Origin: an uncultured Acidobacteriaceae bacterium
GTDB taxonomy: Bacteria > Acidobacteriota > Terriglobia > Terriglobales > Acidobacteriaceae
NCBI GenBank assembly: GCA_963780495.1
Contig: CAWACF010000017.1
Location: forward strand, 66,559-130,558
DNA length: 64,000 nucleotides
Reading direction: 5' to 3'
Each line of letters begins with the position of its first letter. Position 1 is the stretch's first letter. Of this stretch, positions 48,173-58,332 are shown piece by piece. The position numbers and the translations under genes are program-made. The notes under the pieces are model-generated. The model was not told the origin of the DNA. It saw nothing but the letters and a program-made list of their open reading frames with translations, and ran no database searches.

Positions 48173-48307
48173 ACAAAGGCAGGTTTTACTGCTCCGGCCA
48201 ACAGCAGCCCGCGAGCAACTTTTCCATTATACAAGTAAGCCACAGAGACGAAAATACTTCGCGGTACGACGAAGGGCTTGTTTTGGGTCATCTTCTACGC
48301 GCTGCGG

Positions 48308-49396
48308 TTACCGCAACTCATCCAGCGCCAAGCTCAGTCGCTCCAGAGCGATTCGCGTCATCTCCGGGTCGCCGCCGATACCGATGCGAAAATGATCCGG
48401 CATATCGAAGTAGCTGCCCGGAACAACGGCGGTTTCATACTTTTCTCGCAGCAGCCGGTCGAGCACTTCCGCACTCCCTTTTCTTAGCTTTGGGAAGGCG
48501 ACGGTACCGAATTCCGGACGAACGCAATCCAAATCCTTACGCGATCGCAGAAATTCATCCAGGACTGGCCGATTCGCGTCGAGCAGCTTCTTTGCGCGCG
48601 TCTCGACGCGGTGCAGATTATCGAGTGCGATCACGCTCAGCAACTCGGCGGGATGGGCTGCATTCACGCCGTAGAGATCGTTGATGTGCCACATGCGGTC
48701 CGTCAACTCCGGATTCGCCAGCACCCAGCCGCAGCGCAGCCCGCTCAAACCGAACCCCTTCGTCAGGCTGCTGGTCACAAGGAAGTGATCACCTAAGTGA
48801 AGCGCCGCCTTCGGTCGCTGCTCGTACATCGCCTCCAAGTAAACCTCGTCGACCAAGACCCGTGCGTCATGTTGCTTCGCGATATCCCCCACAGCACGCA
48901 ACGTAGATTCCTCGATCAGAGCCCCCGTAGGATTATGCAGGTTCGTCAGAACGATCAGGCGCGTCTTCGGCGTAATCTTCCGTTCCACTTCTTCAGGGTT
49001 GACTCGAAATCCATCTTCCATTCGCCGCTCGAAATAATTCGTCTCGACGCCAAGATATTGCAGCGTGCTCGGCAGCAACTCATAAGTCGGATGCTCGACC
49101 AGTGCCTCGTCACCGGGCGCAAGCGTCGCTGCCAGCGCAAGATGGTTCGCCATCGAGGTCCCTGCCGCAGTGACCACGCAATCGGCTGTCACGTCGCTTC
49201 GCTTTGCCAGCCGCTCCCGCAGCGGTGCGTGACCGTACAAATCGGTACCAGTGATTTCCAGGTCTTCCAGCTTCACTGGCAACTCCGAGAGTGGGTAGCT
49301 CATGATTCCGCTGGTCGCCAGGTTGTACCTGGCGCCGGAGCGCAGCTTGGCAAATTCCATGTAGGGCGAGCGGGCGTGAGTGCGCGGTACGGTCAA
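48308..49396 (-). CDS. PLP-dependent aminotransferase (class I/II)
   Basis: SSLTKGFGLSGLRCGW (Lys-PLP site pattern), NLHNPTG. The TTG start overlaps the permease stop (TTGA). Confidence 0.85.
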   Translation of the reverse strand: MTVPRTHARSPYMEFAKLRSGARYNLATSGIMSYPLSELPVKLEDLEITGTDLYGHAPLRERLAKRSDVTADCVVTAAGTSMANHLALAATLAPGDEALVEHPTYELLPSTLQYLGVETNYFERRMEDGFRVNPEEVERKITPKTRLIVLTNLHNPTGALIEESTLRAVGDIAKQHDARVLVDEVYLEAMYEQRPKAALHLGDHFLVTSSLTKGFGLSGLRCGWVLANPELTDRMWHINDLYGVNAAHPAELLSVIALDNLHRVETRAKKLLDANRPVLDEFLRSRKDLDCVRPEFGTVAFPKLRKGSAEVLDRLLREKYETAVVPGSYFDMPDHFRIGIGGDPEMTRIALERLSLALDELR

Positions 49397-50775
49397 GACT
49401 TCACTTCTCCTTTGTTTTTCGCAGCCCAGAATGCATACACCGGAACTCCGAGCAGCAGAATAAACATTCCCAGCAGACTGTTCTTCGGATATTTGTAGAT
49501 GGTATTAATCACCACCAGCCACGATACCAACACAAACAACCCCGTTGTAAATGGGTGGCCAGGGGCTCGGTAGCCGGGCGCTTCGCTTCTTCGCTGCCTG
49601 GCGCGAAATACAAAGAGGCTGGCTCCCGTCAGTCCGAAAAAGAGGAAATCCATCGACACAACGTAATTCAGAATCTGCTCGTAATGCCCGGAGAGAGCAA
49701 CCACAATCGTCCACGCACTTTGCAGAACGATCGCCAATGCCGGCACGTGTGTCCGCTGTGTAACTTTGGCGACTCGACGAAAGAACAAGCCATCGCGTGC
49801 CATGGCAAAATAAACCCGCGGCGCCGTCAGGACCGACTGACTCAGGAAGCCCAGAGTCGACACCGCGATTCCCAGCGCTATAAGACGTGCACCGGAATCT
49901 CCCATGGCCACTCGCATAACCGCGGTAGCAGGCACGCGCGTATCCGCCAGTCCTTGCGGGCCCAAAGTGCGAACGCACACAAAGTTCACGCCGACGTAAA
50001 GAATGATGACGCCAGCCACGCCGAGCACCAGTGCGCGCGAGAGATTGCGTCGCGGATCTTTAATCTCCTCAGCAATGAAGTTCGTAGTCTGCCATCCGCC
50101 GAAGGCAAACAGTACCGGAATCATCGCAGCGCCGACTGCGGTCAGCAGGTCGAGGGACGGCGGACGGTCAAGCACCGGATGCAGCAATGGGTATGGCGAT
50201 CGCACAAGAAATAATCCTGCGGCAACCAGGCCCATAATCGCGCCGATCTTCAGCAGCATCAGTATGCTTTGCATGCGGCTGCCGAGCTTCACCCCCAGGC
50301 AGTTGATGACCGTGAGCACAATAATTGTAACCACCACGATGAGCCGCTCGGAGATCGACCAACCCGTAAGCTCCAACAGGTAACGTGCGAAGGTGACGGT
50401 GACCGCAGCCATGCCTCCGGTCTGTATCACCAGCAGCAAAACCCACCCATAGAGAAACCCCACGACGGGATGAAACGCCTCGCGAAGGTAAGCGTATTGA
50501 CCTCCGACGGTAGGTCTGCGCGCCGCCAGCTCCGCATAGACGAATGCTCCCAGCATGGCGACGATGCCTCCGATGATCCAGACACCGAGGATCAGTAGCG
50601 GCGTGTGTACTTCCTGGGCGACGACGTAGGGGTTGATAAAGATGCCGGCACCGACAATGCCTCCCATGACAATCATGGTGGCGTCGAACAGTCCAACCTG
50701 CCGAAGCAGGCCCGTCGGCGTGATTTGCTGATTCGAGTTGGAAGCGGATGAGATCAACGAGGCGTCGCTGCTCAA
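49393..50775 (-). CDS. APC-family amino acid permease
   Basis: 460 aa with 12 TM helices. The N-terminal GLFDATMIVMGGIVGAGIF pattern is typical. Confidence 0.88.
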   Translation of the reverse strand: MSSDASLISSASNSNQQITPTGLLRQVGLFDATMIVMGGIVGAGIFINPYVVAQEVHTPLLILGVWIIGGIVAMLGAFVYAELAARRPTVGGQYAYLREAFHPVVGFLYGWVLLLVIQTGGMAAVTVTFARYLLELTGWSISERLIVVVTIIVLTVINCLGVKLGSRMQSILMLLKIGAIMGLVAAGLFLVRSPYPLLHPVLDRPPSLDLLTAVGAAMIPVLFAFGGWQTTNFIAEEIKDPRRNLSRALVLGVAGVIILYVGVNFVCVRTLGPQGLADTRVPATAVMRVAMGDSGARLIALGIAVSTLGFLSQSVLTAPRVYFAMARDGLFFRRVAKVTQRTHVPALAIVLQSAWTIVVALSGHYEQILNYVVSMDFLFFGLTGASLFVFRARQRRSEAPGYRAPGHPFTTGLFVLVSWLVVINTIYKYPKNSLLGMFILLLGVPVYAFWAAKNKGEVKS

Positions 50776-50803
50776 AAGCTCGAATGTAGCACGGCGTATC
50801 CTG

Positions 50804-51775
50804 TTATCGAGGAATGTCGCTCTCCTGAGTGGCCGCCCTTCGCAGGCGATCCAGCACAGCCTCCCACTCAGGGGTCTCGTCCGGACTCTCTACGGCGATC
50901 CAGTCGAGACGTTCGCCGTCGAGTTGGTGCAACTTTCCATACAGAAGGGCGGCATATGTGGCGGAATCGGCGGGCATCAGCACAATCTCCCGCACCGCCC
51001 GCAGTGGTGGAACGTGCAATTGCAGGTACGCTCCGCTTCCCTGCTCCGGCACCGCGCCCCCTCGCACCAAAAGCACCGTCGTACGCGGGCTGTAGTGTCG
51101 AGGATGCATCCCTGGTGATGGATGCGCCCCTTCCTCAGCTTCAGTATGACCTTCGATAGAACCGATTACGGCTTCAATCTGGCTGCGGGTGATTCCGCCC
51201 GGCCGCAACAGCACCGGCCGTATGCCCGCCAGAGAAAGCACGCTCGATTCGATACCGACCGAACATTCTCCACCGTCGAGGATGTAATCGACGCTGTTGC
51301 CAAGCCCTTGGCGAACATGCTCCGCACTTGTGGGAGAGAGTTGGCTAAAGATGTTGGCGCTCGGCGCGGCGATGGGCAGTTGTGTCGCTGCGATCAATGC
51401 CAAGGCTACCGGGTGTGACGGCATGCGCACGCCTACGGTATTGAGACCCGCTGTGACGATGTTAGGAATAGAAGGCTGCTTCTTCAACACCAGAGTCAAC
51501 GGCCCGGGCCAAAATTTCTGCGCGAGAACCTGCGCGGCTTTGGGCCATTCGGCAACGACAGACCGCGCCATCTCGGAGTTGCTGACGTGAACGATGAGGG
51601 GGCTGCTGGTCGGTCTGCCCTTTACCTCGAAGATACGTGCCACTGCCTCTGCATCGAGCGCGTTTGCTCCCAGCCCATAAACGGTTTCCGTTGGAAAGGC
51701 AACTAGCTTTCCCGCGCGCAGCAACTCCGCCGCGTGCGCGATTTCGCCCTCGGTCGGTTGATGCTGGCCGGGCAT
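50804..51775 (-). CDS. tsaC: L-threonylcarbamoyladenylate synthase (Sua5/YwlC type)
   Basis: VAFPTETVYGLGANA, KGRPTSSPLIVH, plus a C-terminal Sua5 domain. 323 aa. Confidence 0.9.
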   Translation of the reverse strand: MPGQHQPTEGEIAHAAELLRAGKLVAFPTETVYGLGANALDAEAVARIFEVKGRPTSSPLIVHVSNSEMARSVVAEWPKAAQVLAQKFWPGPLTLVLKKQPSIPNIVTAGLNTVGVRMPSHPVALALIAATQLPIAAPSANIFSQLSPTSAEHVRQGLGNSVDYILDGGECSVGIESSVLSLAGIRPVLLRPGGITRSQIEAVIGSIEGHTEAEEGAHPSPGMHPRHYSPRTTVLLVRGGAVPEQGSGAYLQLHVPPLRAVREIVLMPADSATYAALLYGKLHQLDGERLDWIAVESPDETPEWEAVLDRLRRAATQESDIPR

Positions 51776-51777
51776 CG

Positions 51778-52638
51778 TTACTTGTTCCTTGTGTGCGACG
51801 GATCGGGTGACTTGGCGGTGTCAACGTCGATGTAGATATCTGAGTTCTGCGGCACGTTCGGCGGATAGCAGCTTCCATCCTGTGCATACGTCTGCCGGCA
51901 CGAGGCGGTCATCTCGGGGCGTCGCGGCGATTGCGCGAACTGCCATGCATCGGCAAAGGCCACGCCGCTCTTATCCGGGCTAGGGACGGGTTTCGGAAAA
52001 ACGCAGCCCGGCGCAGGTGGGCACTGATCGTTGCTGACGAAAAAGTGGATATCGCGGCCACCAGCATGGTCGTGAATGTCATTGGCGGTCACCACGGAAA
52101 CGCTGCTCGACTCACGGAACGGAATGCCCGAACAATAAATTCCGGCGCGGAATCCTCCTCGCACTACTCCGTCGACCCACGCCAGTATGTAGGCGAGTTG
52201 CTCGGGCAGCATGCGGCCACCCTGCTCCTGGTCCAGAAAGATAATCGCTCCCTTGTGAAAGCCTTCGTGCTCTGCCGACCAGACGGCCGTCCCGGCGTCG
52301 CCCCGGCCGACGCGAGCGGCGTTCCCCGCCGCTTTTAGAGAGGCGTACTCGCGCCCGTTGAAGAGCAGCAGAAATCCGTAGCCCAGGGATTCGATAGTTT
52401 GGCGATTGCCCTGCCAGGTGTTACGCTTCGCACCCGGTGGGTTGTTCAACCAATATCCCGTAAACGCGAATGTCCCGCGCATGGTTTTCATGGCTGCATC
52501 TCCGGGGTAGTCGTTTCGGTCCACACCAAGATAGGTACTCTGCGCTTCAGCAATCATCGCCGTCATTGCAATAGCGAGCAGCAGAGTTGCGATCTTTATA
52601 ACAAAATTCACACTAGTACTATCGCATGCGCGCCCCAT
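51778..52638 (-). CDS. hypothetical exported protein (possibly a DUF1906/glycoside-hydrolase-like fold)
   Basis: Signal peptide. Its stop lies 2 nt before the tsaC start. The family assignment is a weak recollection only. Confidence 0.5.
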   Translation of the reverse strand: MGRACDSTSVNFVIKIATLLLAIAMTAMIAEAQSTYLGVDRNDYPGDAAMKTMRGTFAFTGYWLNNPPGAKRNTWQGNRQTIESLGYGFLLLFNGREYASLKAAGNAARVGRGDAGTAVWSAEHEGFHKGAIIFLDQEQGGRMLPEQLAYILAWVDGVVRGGFRAGIYCSGIPFRESSSVSVVTANDIHDHAGGRDIHFFVSNDQCPPAPGCVFPKPVPSPDKSGVAFADAWQFAQSPRRPEMTASCRQTYAQDGSCYPPNVPQNSDIYIDVDTAKSPDPSHTRNK

Positions 52639-52728
52639 TCCGGCACAAGTCGTAGCCCCGCCCTAAAACGTTCACCTCGTTTCCTCCGACTCCCTTGAAG
52701 TGCTGGCGAATGCTAATCTAGGGTTCCG

Positions 52729-53778
52729 ATGATCCTCGACGCGCTGCACAAGCTGGCCAATCATTGCGCTTCTCTCACTCGCGACGAGGCTCGTCAGGTA
52801 ATGACCGAGATTCTGCGCGGCGAGGCCACTCCGGCACAGATGGGTGCGCTGCTGGTCGCTCTCCATATGAAAGGTGAGACGGTCGACGAGATCGTTGGCT
52901 TAGCCCAGGCGATCCGAGCAGAAGCTACGCCCCTGCAATCCGAGGACGGCGAGGCGCTGGCTCTCAGCGGAACCGGCCGCGACGCGCTGGTCGATACCTG
53001 CGGCACCGGCGGCGACACCAGCGGTACCTTCAACATTTCGACCGCGACCGCTCTTACTATCGCGGGAGCGGGGGTGCGGGTTGCCAAGCACGGCAACCGC
53101 AGCATTAGTTCGAAGTGCGGTTCCGCTGATGTCATTGAAGCACTGGGAGTCAGGATCGACCTTCCGGCCACGCGCATCGCGGCTTGCCTGGAGGAGACCG
53201 GCATCGCATTCCTTTACGCCCCAGCTATGCACTCGGCCATGAAGCATGTTCAGCCTGTGCGGCGCGAATTGAGGTTACGCACGGTGTTCAATCTCTTAGG
53301 CCCCCTCACCAACCCGGCACATGCCTCTGCACAAGTGGTCGGAGTCTATTCTGCCGAGCTGGTGGAGAAGTTGGCGGAGGCGCTGCGAGAACTTGGGTTG
53401 CAGCGCGCGCTGGTTGTCCACGGTAATGACGGGCTTGACGAGATCACCATTACCGGTCCGAGCAAAGTAGCCGAGCTCCGCGCCGGACAAGTGACGACGT
53501 ACGAGGTCGCACCGGAGCAGTTTGGTCTGCAGCGCGCACCTCTCGACCAGATTGCTGGTGGCGACGCCGTAGAGAATGCAGCGATCATTCGCGCAATCCT
53601 GGACGGCGAACGCTCCTGCCGGCGCGATGTCGTGCTGTTGAACGCCGCAGCCGCGCTGGTGGCCGCTGGACATGCCGACCGCATCGGCGACGCAGTGCCG
53701 CTCGCCGCTTACGCTATCGATAGTGGACACGCACGCCAGCGCTTGCAGTTGCTAATCGAGTTTACCAATCGGGGATAG
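52729..53778 (+). CDS. trpD: anthranilate phosphoribosyltransferase
   Basis: [34 protein letters not shown]. 349 aa. Confidence 0.93.
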   Translation: MILDALHKLANHCASLTRDEARQVMTEILRGEATPAQMGALLVALHMKGETVDEIVGLAQAIRAEATPLQSEDGEALALSGTGRDALVDTCGTGGDTSGTFNISTATALTIAGAGVRVAKHGNRSISSKCGSADVIEALGVRIDLPATRIAACLEETGIAFLYAPAMHSAMKHVQPVRRELRLRTVFNLLGPLTNPAHASAQVVGVYSAELVEKLAEALRELGLQRALVVHGNDGLDEITITGPSKVAELRAGQVTTYEVAPEQFGLQRAPLDQIAGGDAVENAAIIRAILDGERSCRRDVVLLNAAAALVAAGHADRIGDAVPLAAYAIDSGHARQRLQLLIEFTNRG

Positions 53779-53860
53779 ACGGCGTTGGTTTGCTCCGCCT
53801 CATTCATGTAAACTCGAAGCATCTTGACCCGCGGTAAATGTTCACTGTTGCTGGCGCAAT

Positions 53861-53937
53861 GGGCGGTTAGCTCAGCTGGTTAGAGCGCCTGCCTTACAAG
53901 CAGGAGGTCGCAGGTTCGAATCCTGCACTGCCCACCA
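53861..53937 (+). tRNA. tRNA-Val (anticodon TAC)
   Basis: GGGCGGT/ACTGCCC acceptor, anticodon loop CTTACAA, GGTTCGAATCC, encoded CCA. Confidence 0.93.
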
Positions 53938-53993
53938 AAGCTTCGCGCAACTACAAAAGCAGGTCGAGGGCGAGCGGCAAAGGCAGATCAATC

Positions 53994-54788
53994 ATGACGG
54001 TTCGAAGAATCGTTTACCTCTGCGTGATTTTCGCCCTCCCATTTCCTTCTCTACTCTGCCAGCAGCCTGCTAATCCGCAGACTTCGCCGCCGAAAAGTTC
54101 GTCGAGTTCGACTTTGATCGTGGGTTTTGGGCCAACTGTCAGTAATGCCGAAGGAAAACAGGCGGTCGAAAAGCTGGTGCAAGCGTTTGGGGGCGCCGCA
54201 AAGGTGAACTCCGTACGGGCACTGCATCAAACGGTGGCTGCGGTGCAAGACGGACGGCACATTGAAATTGAACAGAGCATCGTCTACCCCGATAGGCAGG
54301 CCGAAACCATGAAGACACCGCAGCGTAAGATGCTGCTCGTGGTAACTCCGAGCGATGCCTTCATGGTGGTCGGCGGGCAGGCGCAAGACCTTCCGCCGGA
54401 GCAGAGAGCCTCTCTGGATGCCGCTCTGAAGCATGATCCCATCAATGTCCTGCAACACCTCGACGATCCAAACTACGTGTTCGTAGCCAGCGGTCAGGAA
54501 GTTGTGGATGGCACGCAAGCGACCATCATTGACATCGAGGCGGCCGGCATCCCCACTCGGTGGTGGATTGGCGCGGACGGCCGGCTCCTGCGCGAACGCT
54601 ATTACGGCGAAGGCGGAAAGCTGGAGACCATGACTTATGCGGCGTGGAAAGCTTTTGACGGATTGCCATATCCCACAAAGTACGAGTTGCTGAACGAAAC
54701 GGGCCCGCCGAGAATGACCATGATACTTACGGGCATGCAGGTCAACCCGGTGATCAGTCCGGGACTCTTCCAGCGCCCTCCTCAATAG
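53994..54788 (+). CDS. hypothetical exported protein (264 aa)
   Basis: Signal peptide VIFALPFPSLLCQQ. No family recognised, though it has a LolA/DUF-like beta-rich composition. Confidence 0.5.
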   Translation: MTVRRIVYLCVIFALPFPSLLCQQPANPQTSPPKSSSSSTLIVGFGPTVSNAEGKQAVEKLVQAFGGAAKVNSVRALHQTVAAVQDGRHIEIEQSIVYPDRQAETMKTPQRKMLLVVTPSDAFMVVGGQAQDLPPEQRASLDAALKHDPINVLQHLDDPNYVFVASGQEVVDGTQATIIDIEAAGIPTRWWIGADGRLLRERYYGEGGKLETMTYAAWKAFDGLPYPTKYELLNETGPPRMTMILTGMQVNPVISPGLFQRPPQ

Positions 54789-55165
54789 CTCCCGTCTTGA
54801 AACTCTCAACCACTGGCCCCGTCTGAATCAGATTATGAGTTCGGGCGCGAAGAAATCCATCGCATACAGGGCCCCCTAAGTCGCATTGCTTCAATGTCCT
54901 AGACGGATACATTGCATTCATCTCGATATCACGCGACGTGCCCTTGCACCCGACATGAAATGGGAGCATTGTCTCAGTTGAAAGCGGGGGTTCCGAGTCC
55001 GGCTGGATAGCCATAACGTGCTAGTCAGCGTAGGGCAGTTGAACTTTGTCGGAGCCCACGGTCAAACACCACGACGGAGGATCGATCTCCGGGCCACAAA
55101 AACTAAGACCCTCGATGCCGAGTCAGCGCCACGCTCGGGGGATCCAGACCAGGAGGGTTGTTACC

Positions 55166-55366
55166 ATGAAAGACCTATTGCCGAACCTGAGGTTCTATTC
55201 CTTTACCGGTAGGATCGGTTGCAAGTGTGAGACCTGCGGATGGACAGCGACAACGTCCTACGTTACGGGCGAGACCGCGGACCAGACCGTGCGGAGGGCG
55301 TTCGGTAATCACATCTGTCATCCGATAGAAACGAGCGACAGCACAGCTGAGTGTGCCCACGCCTAA
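55166..55366 (+). CDS. small Cys/His-containing protein (66 aa)
   Basis: The ATG at 55166 is preceded by AGGAGGG at an 8-nt spacing. CKCETCGW ... NHICHP suggests a metal-binding knuckle. It is the internal part of track ORF 55046..55366. Confidence 0.45.
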   Translation: MKDLLPNLRFYSFTGRIGCKCETCGWTATTSYVTGETADQTVRRAFGNHICHPIETSDSTAECAHA

Positions 55367-55623
55367 GACATAAGGGTGTGACACTCGTATAAGCACCCGG
55401 CGTTCGCTTAGCGCGCAAGCGTTACAGAGCCCACAACGATCCTGTCTCCCATCCCAGGTTCGTCAACCAGAGGGGATCGTCTACCCGGCCGCGAGTACGG
55501 CCACTCGCGGTTCCGTCAAGTGTGCGCACATCTGACGATCTTCCTCGTATCTGTTACAATCGAATTCGTTCGCTGGCAACACCACGGCGAAGCAGTAAGC
55601 GGGTTCCGCTACCGCTCAATAGC

Positions 55624-55700
55624 GGGGTCGTAGTTCAGTTGGTTAGAACGCTGCCCTGTCACGGCAGAGGCCGCGGGTTCGAGTCCCGTCGACCCCGCCA
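55624..55700 (+). tRNA. tRNA-Asp (anticodon GTC)
   Basis: GGGGTCG/CGACCCC acceptor, anticodon loop CTGTCAC, GGTTCGAGTCC, encoded CCA. Confidence 0.93.
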
Positions 55701-56618
55701 TCATTCCAAAAGACTTATGGAATGGTGGTTTCATATCTCATCTGCACTTGCAATCCAAATAAAAGCATTAGACCGCCACAGGCGTCGCGAGCGCTCAAGG
55801 AACTGACCCTGAGTCGCTTCCGATTTCGCCTGTCATGCTTGTGCGCGGTAGAGTTGAGAATGGGCGTGGTTCGTCAGAGGTTTGGGAGTGTCTTGGAGGG
55901 TTTCAGCGCCGGTCCCGCCGATCCATCTGGGAGGGGAGAGTCTATGCTGGATGGGCTGAGTCTTCCGAAGTCTCGCCCTCAGGCAAGCGAAAAATTCCAG
56001 ATGAGGTGGCAATGCACATAATCATCACCAGAAAAAACTAGTGGATCGGATTGCAGCAGCCCGGCAAGGTTCTGGGCTTATCGTCCATTATCCATTTACA
56101 TCAGTTGCGCTTCACGTCTGTATAGGATCCCCCGGCTGCGCTTTTGCGTTGATTTCATTTACATAGAAAAAAGCGGTCAGCATCGCTGCTGTTCCGTCGT
56201 TCCGGCCTTCTTTCCTTACCGCGCTAACTTGAAAATGGCATTAACCGTCTTCTGGTTAATCATCCGTTAGGGGAGCAGGCTACGGCCTATAGGTCGATTT
56301 GTAAATCGCGACCCAGCGGAGTTAGACCTGGCGAAATATTCCTCGGCGGGGTTCATCATTACTGCCCGGCAAGAGTAACGCCAACGTAGGACAAATTGGT
56401 GCATTCTTCCGATCTCCCGAGCTATTCCGGCATCGGGAGAAACTCGTACCACTTAGGTCCAATATCTCAAATAACTATTGACACATTAGGGCTAGGGTGG
56501 GAGACTGCGCGTGACCGACCCTCACAATCTAGCGGCTGCTACTTCGCCCACTTTGTTCCGGTGGTCCGCTCGTGTTGTGTCGAGTCGCGAGTCTAAGTGC
56601 GAAAGGACAACATTTCTC

Positions 56619-57590
56619 ATGGCTGGCCGAATACTTGCTATATGTACAATTCTCGGAGCTCTGGTCTTCGAAATCGGATGTGGTCAATCGGCACAACTGA
56701 GTTCCATAACCGTGACGCCCTCAACGGCCACCATTCCAAACGTTGGCGGTACGGCCCAGTTTCAAGCAACGGGAAATTTCGTAAACGGCAAAAATGGAAA
56801 CCAGCACAATGAGAACCTGACTAACCAAGTGACATGGACATCTAGCACACCGACTGTAGCCACCATCAATTCTTCGGGATTGGCCACGGCGGTAGGGATT
56901 GGGTCGACCACCATAACTGCGACTGGGGGCAACGGTGGACTGGCCTCTACCGCGACTCTGACGGTTGCTAATGGCGCCAACGGGAACACCCTGCAATCCA
57001 TCGATGTCATACCTGTAACCCAAGCCGTCAACCAACCCGGCGAGACGGCTCAATATATCGCGATTGGCAATTACAGCGGTAATCCGCCGACTCAAGATTT
57101 AACTGATCAGGTCACGTGGTCTTCCAGTGATGTCCGGATTGCTACGATCAATTCTTCCGGATTAGCTACCGGCGTTGGCGACTGCGGCGGGGGGCAAACC
57201 ACCATCACAGCGCTTGCACCGGCTAGTAGCGGAACCGCAGTCACAGGGATTGCGACATTCAGCACTGGTACATGCGGCGGCAACAATCTTCCTACCTTGA
57301 CCGTCTACAAGGTGGGTCAGGGTACGGGAGTGGTGACCAGTGCGCCAGGAGGGATCGACTGCGGGTCGGGCGCAGGTTGTACTGACAATTTCCCGCTGAA
57401 TTCATTGATAACGCTGACTGCAGCTCCAAACAACGGGTCGTTCTTCGGTGGCTTTTCTGCCAACTGTACTCCCGTCATTCCCGATCCTAGCGGCTGCACG
57501 GCGAAGTCAAATGACGTACAGTCCTGCACGTGCTCGGTTACTATGGGCGACAATGCAACGGTGGGAGCTATTTTTAACACAGCGCAATAG
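56619..57590 (+). CDS. surface lipoprotein with two Big_2 Ig-like domains and a C-terminal InlB-B-repeat-like Cys domain
   Basis: Lipobox FEIGCG. Two copies of ...VTW(T/S)SS....ATINSSGLATxVG..TTITA (Big_2). C-terminal GTGVVTSAPGGIDCGSGAGCTDNFPLNSLITLTAAPNNGSFFGGFSANC. ATG at 56619. Confidence 0.8.
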   Translation: MAGRILAICTILGALVFEIGCGQSAQLSSITVTPSTATIPNVGGTAQFQATGNFVNGKNGNQHNENLTNQVTWTSSTPTVATINSSGLATAVGIGSTTITATGGNGGLASTATLTVANGANGNTLQSIDVIPVTQAVNQPGETAQYIAIGNYSGNPPTQDLTDQVTWSSSDVRIATINSSGLATGVGDCGGGQTTITALAPASSGTAVTGIATFSTGTCGGNNLPTLTVYKVGQGTGVVTSAPGGIDCGSGAGCTDNFPLNSLITLTAAPNNGSFFGGFSANCTPVIPDPSGCTAKSNDVQSCTCSVTMGDNATVGAIFNTAQ

Positions 57591-57917
57591 CTGAGACCAC
57601 ATTCGCAGGCCGGCAGCAGTGCCGGCCTGGTCGCCATCGTCTCCGCGGGCGTGTGCGCGCCAAACCGACGTACCGCTCGCATCAGTTGCTACGAGGGTTG
57701 TACCGCGAACTTCTCATTGAATGATCCGGTTACTCTCACTGCGTCTCCGAATCCGGGATCGATATTCGGCGGATTCTCTGCGAGCTGCACGCCCGTCATT
57801 CCTGATCCGAGCGGCTGCCCAGCGAGCCTCAGAGGGTCCGACGTGAAGTCTTGCACCTGTGCAACACGGGTAACTAACAGCGGAGCAGTCGGCGCAATCT
57901 TTAACCCTGCTCGGTAA
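57591..57917 (+). other. in-frame open continuation after TAG, encoding a second copy of the C-terminal Cys domain
   Basis: Same frame as the preceding gene, with no other stop between 57591 and 57917. CYEGCTANFSLNDPVTLTASPNPGSIFGGFSASCTPVIPDPSGC... parallels the upstream domain. Confidence 0.5.
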
Positions 57918-57937
57918 CTACCTGCCAACCTCATCCT

Positions 57938-57970
57938 GCGGCCAGCCGATGCTGGCCGCATTTTCTTTTG
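57938..57970 (+). terminator. rho-independent terminator
   Basis: GCGGCCAGC cgat GCTGGCCGC followed by ATTTTCTTTTGG, 20 nt after the stop at 57917. Confidence 0.75.
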
Positions 57971-58332
57971 GTCGGCCAGTCCTGTCGAAAGGTTTCTCCT
58001 CTCGAGAGGACTCTTACGTTCGAGGAGTTTTACAGTTCGGTGCAGCGGCAAGTAATTCCACAGACGTTCCACAAAGCCGCCTTGTTCTATCGGGCTTAGC
58101 TGCATTTTTGAATGGTTAACGGGAGGTAGAGCGAGAGCGGGAGGTGAGAATAACCCATCTGATAGTGTCTCGATCACGCCATTATCCCTCCTTTAGATGA
58201 GTGTGAAATGAGTTCTTGACGGGGTACACATCTGGATTCCACGGTTCTCGAAAGCGGGCAGTTAGCACAGAAGGAGTATTCTGCGCGGTAAAGCAAAGCG
58301 GTACACTAACTCCGCTGATCAGGGAGGCTTCC

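Noticed and set aside
48226-48231. Perfect TATAAT (minus strand) 54 nt upstream of tRNA-Ala
   Set aside because: The -35 region at a 17-18-nt spacing (TTTTCG/ATTTTC) is poor. It is noted as a possible tRNA promoter but not reported as a feature.
54754-55014. 86-aa minus-strand ORF
   Set aside because: It overlaps the 3' end of the exported-protein gene, has no motif or RBS and sits in a region of low coding plausibility.
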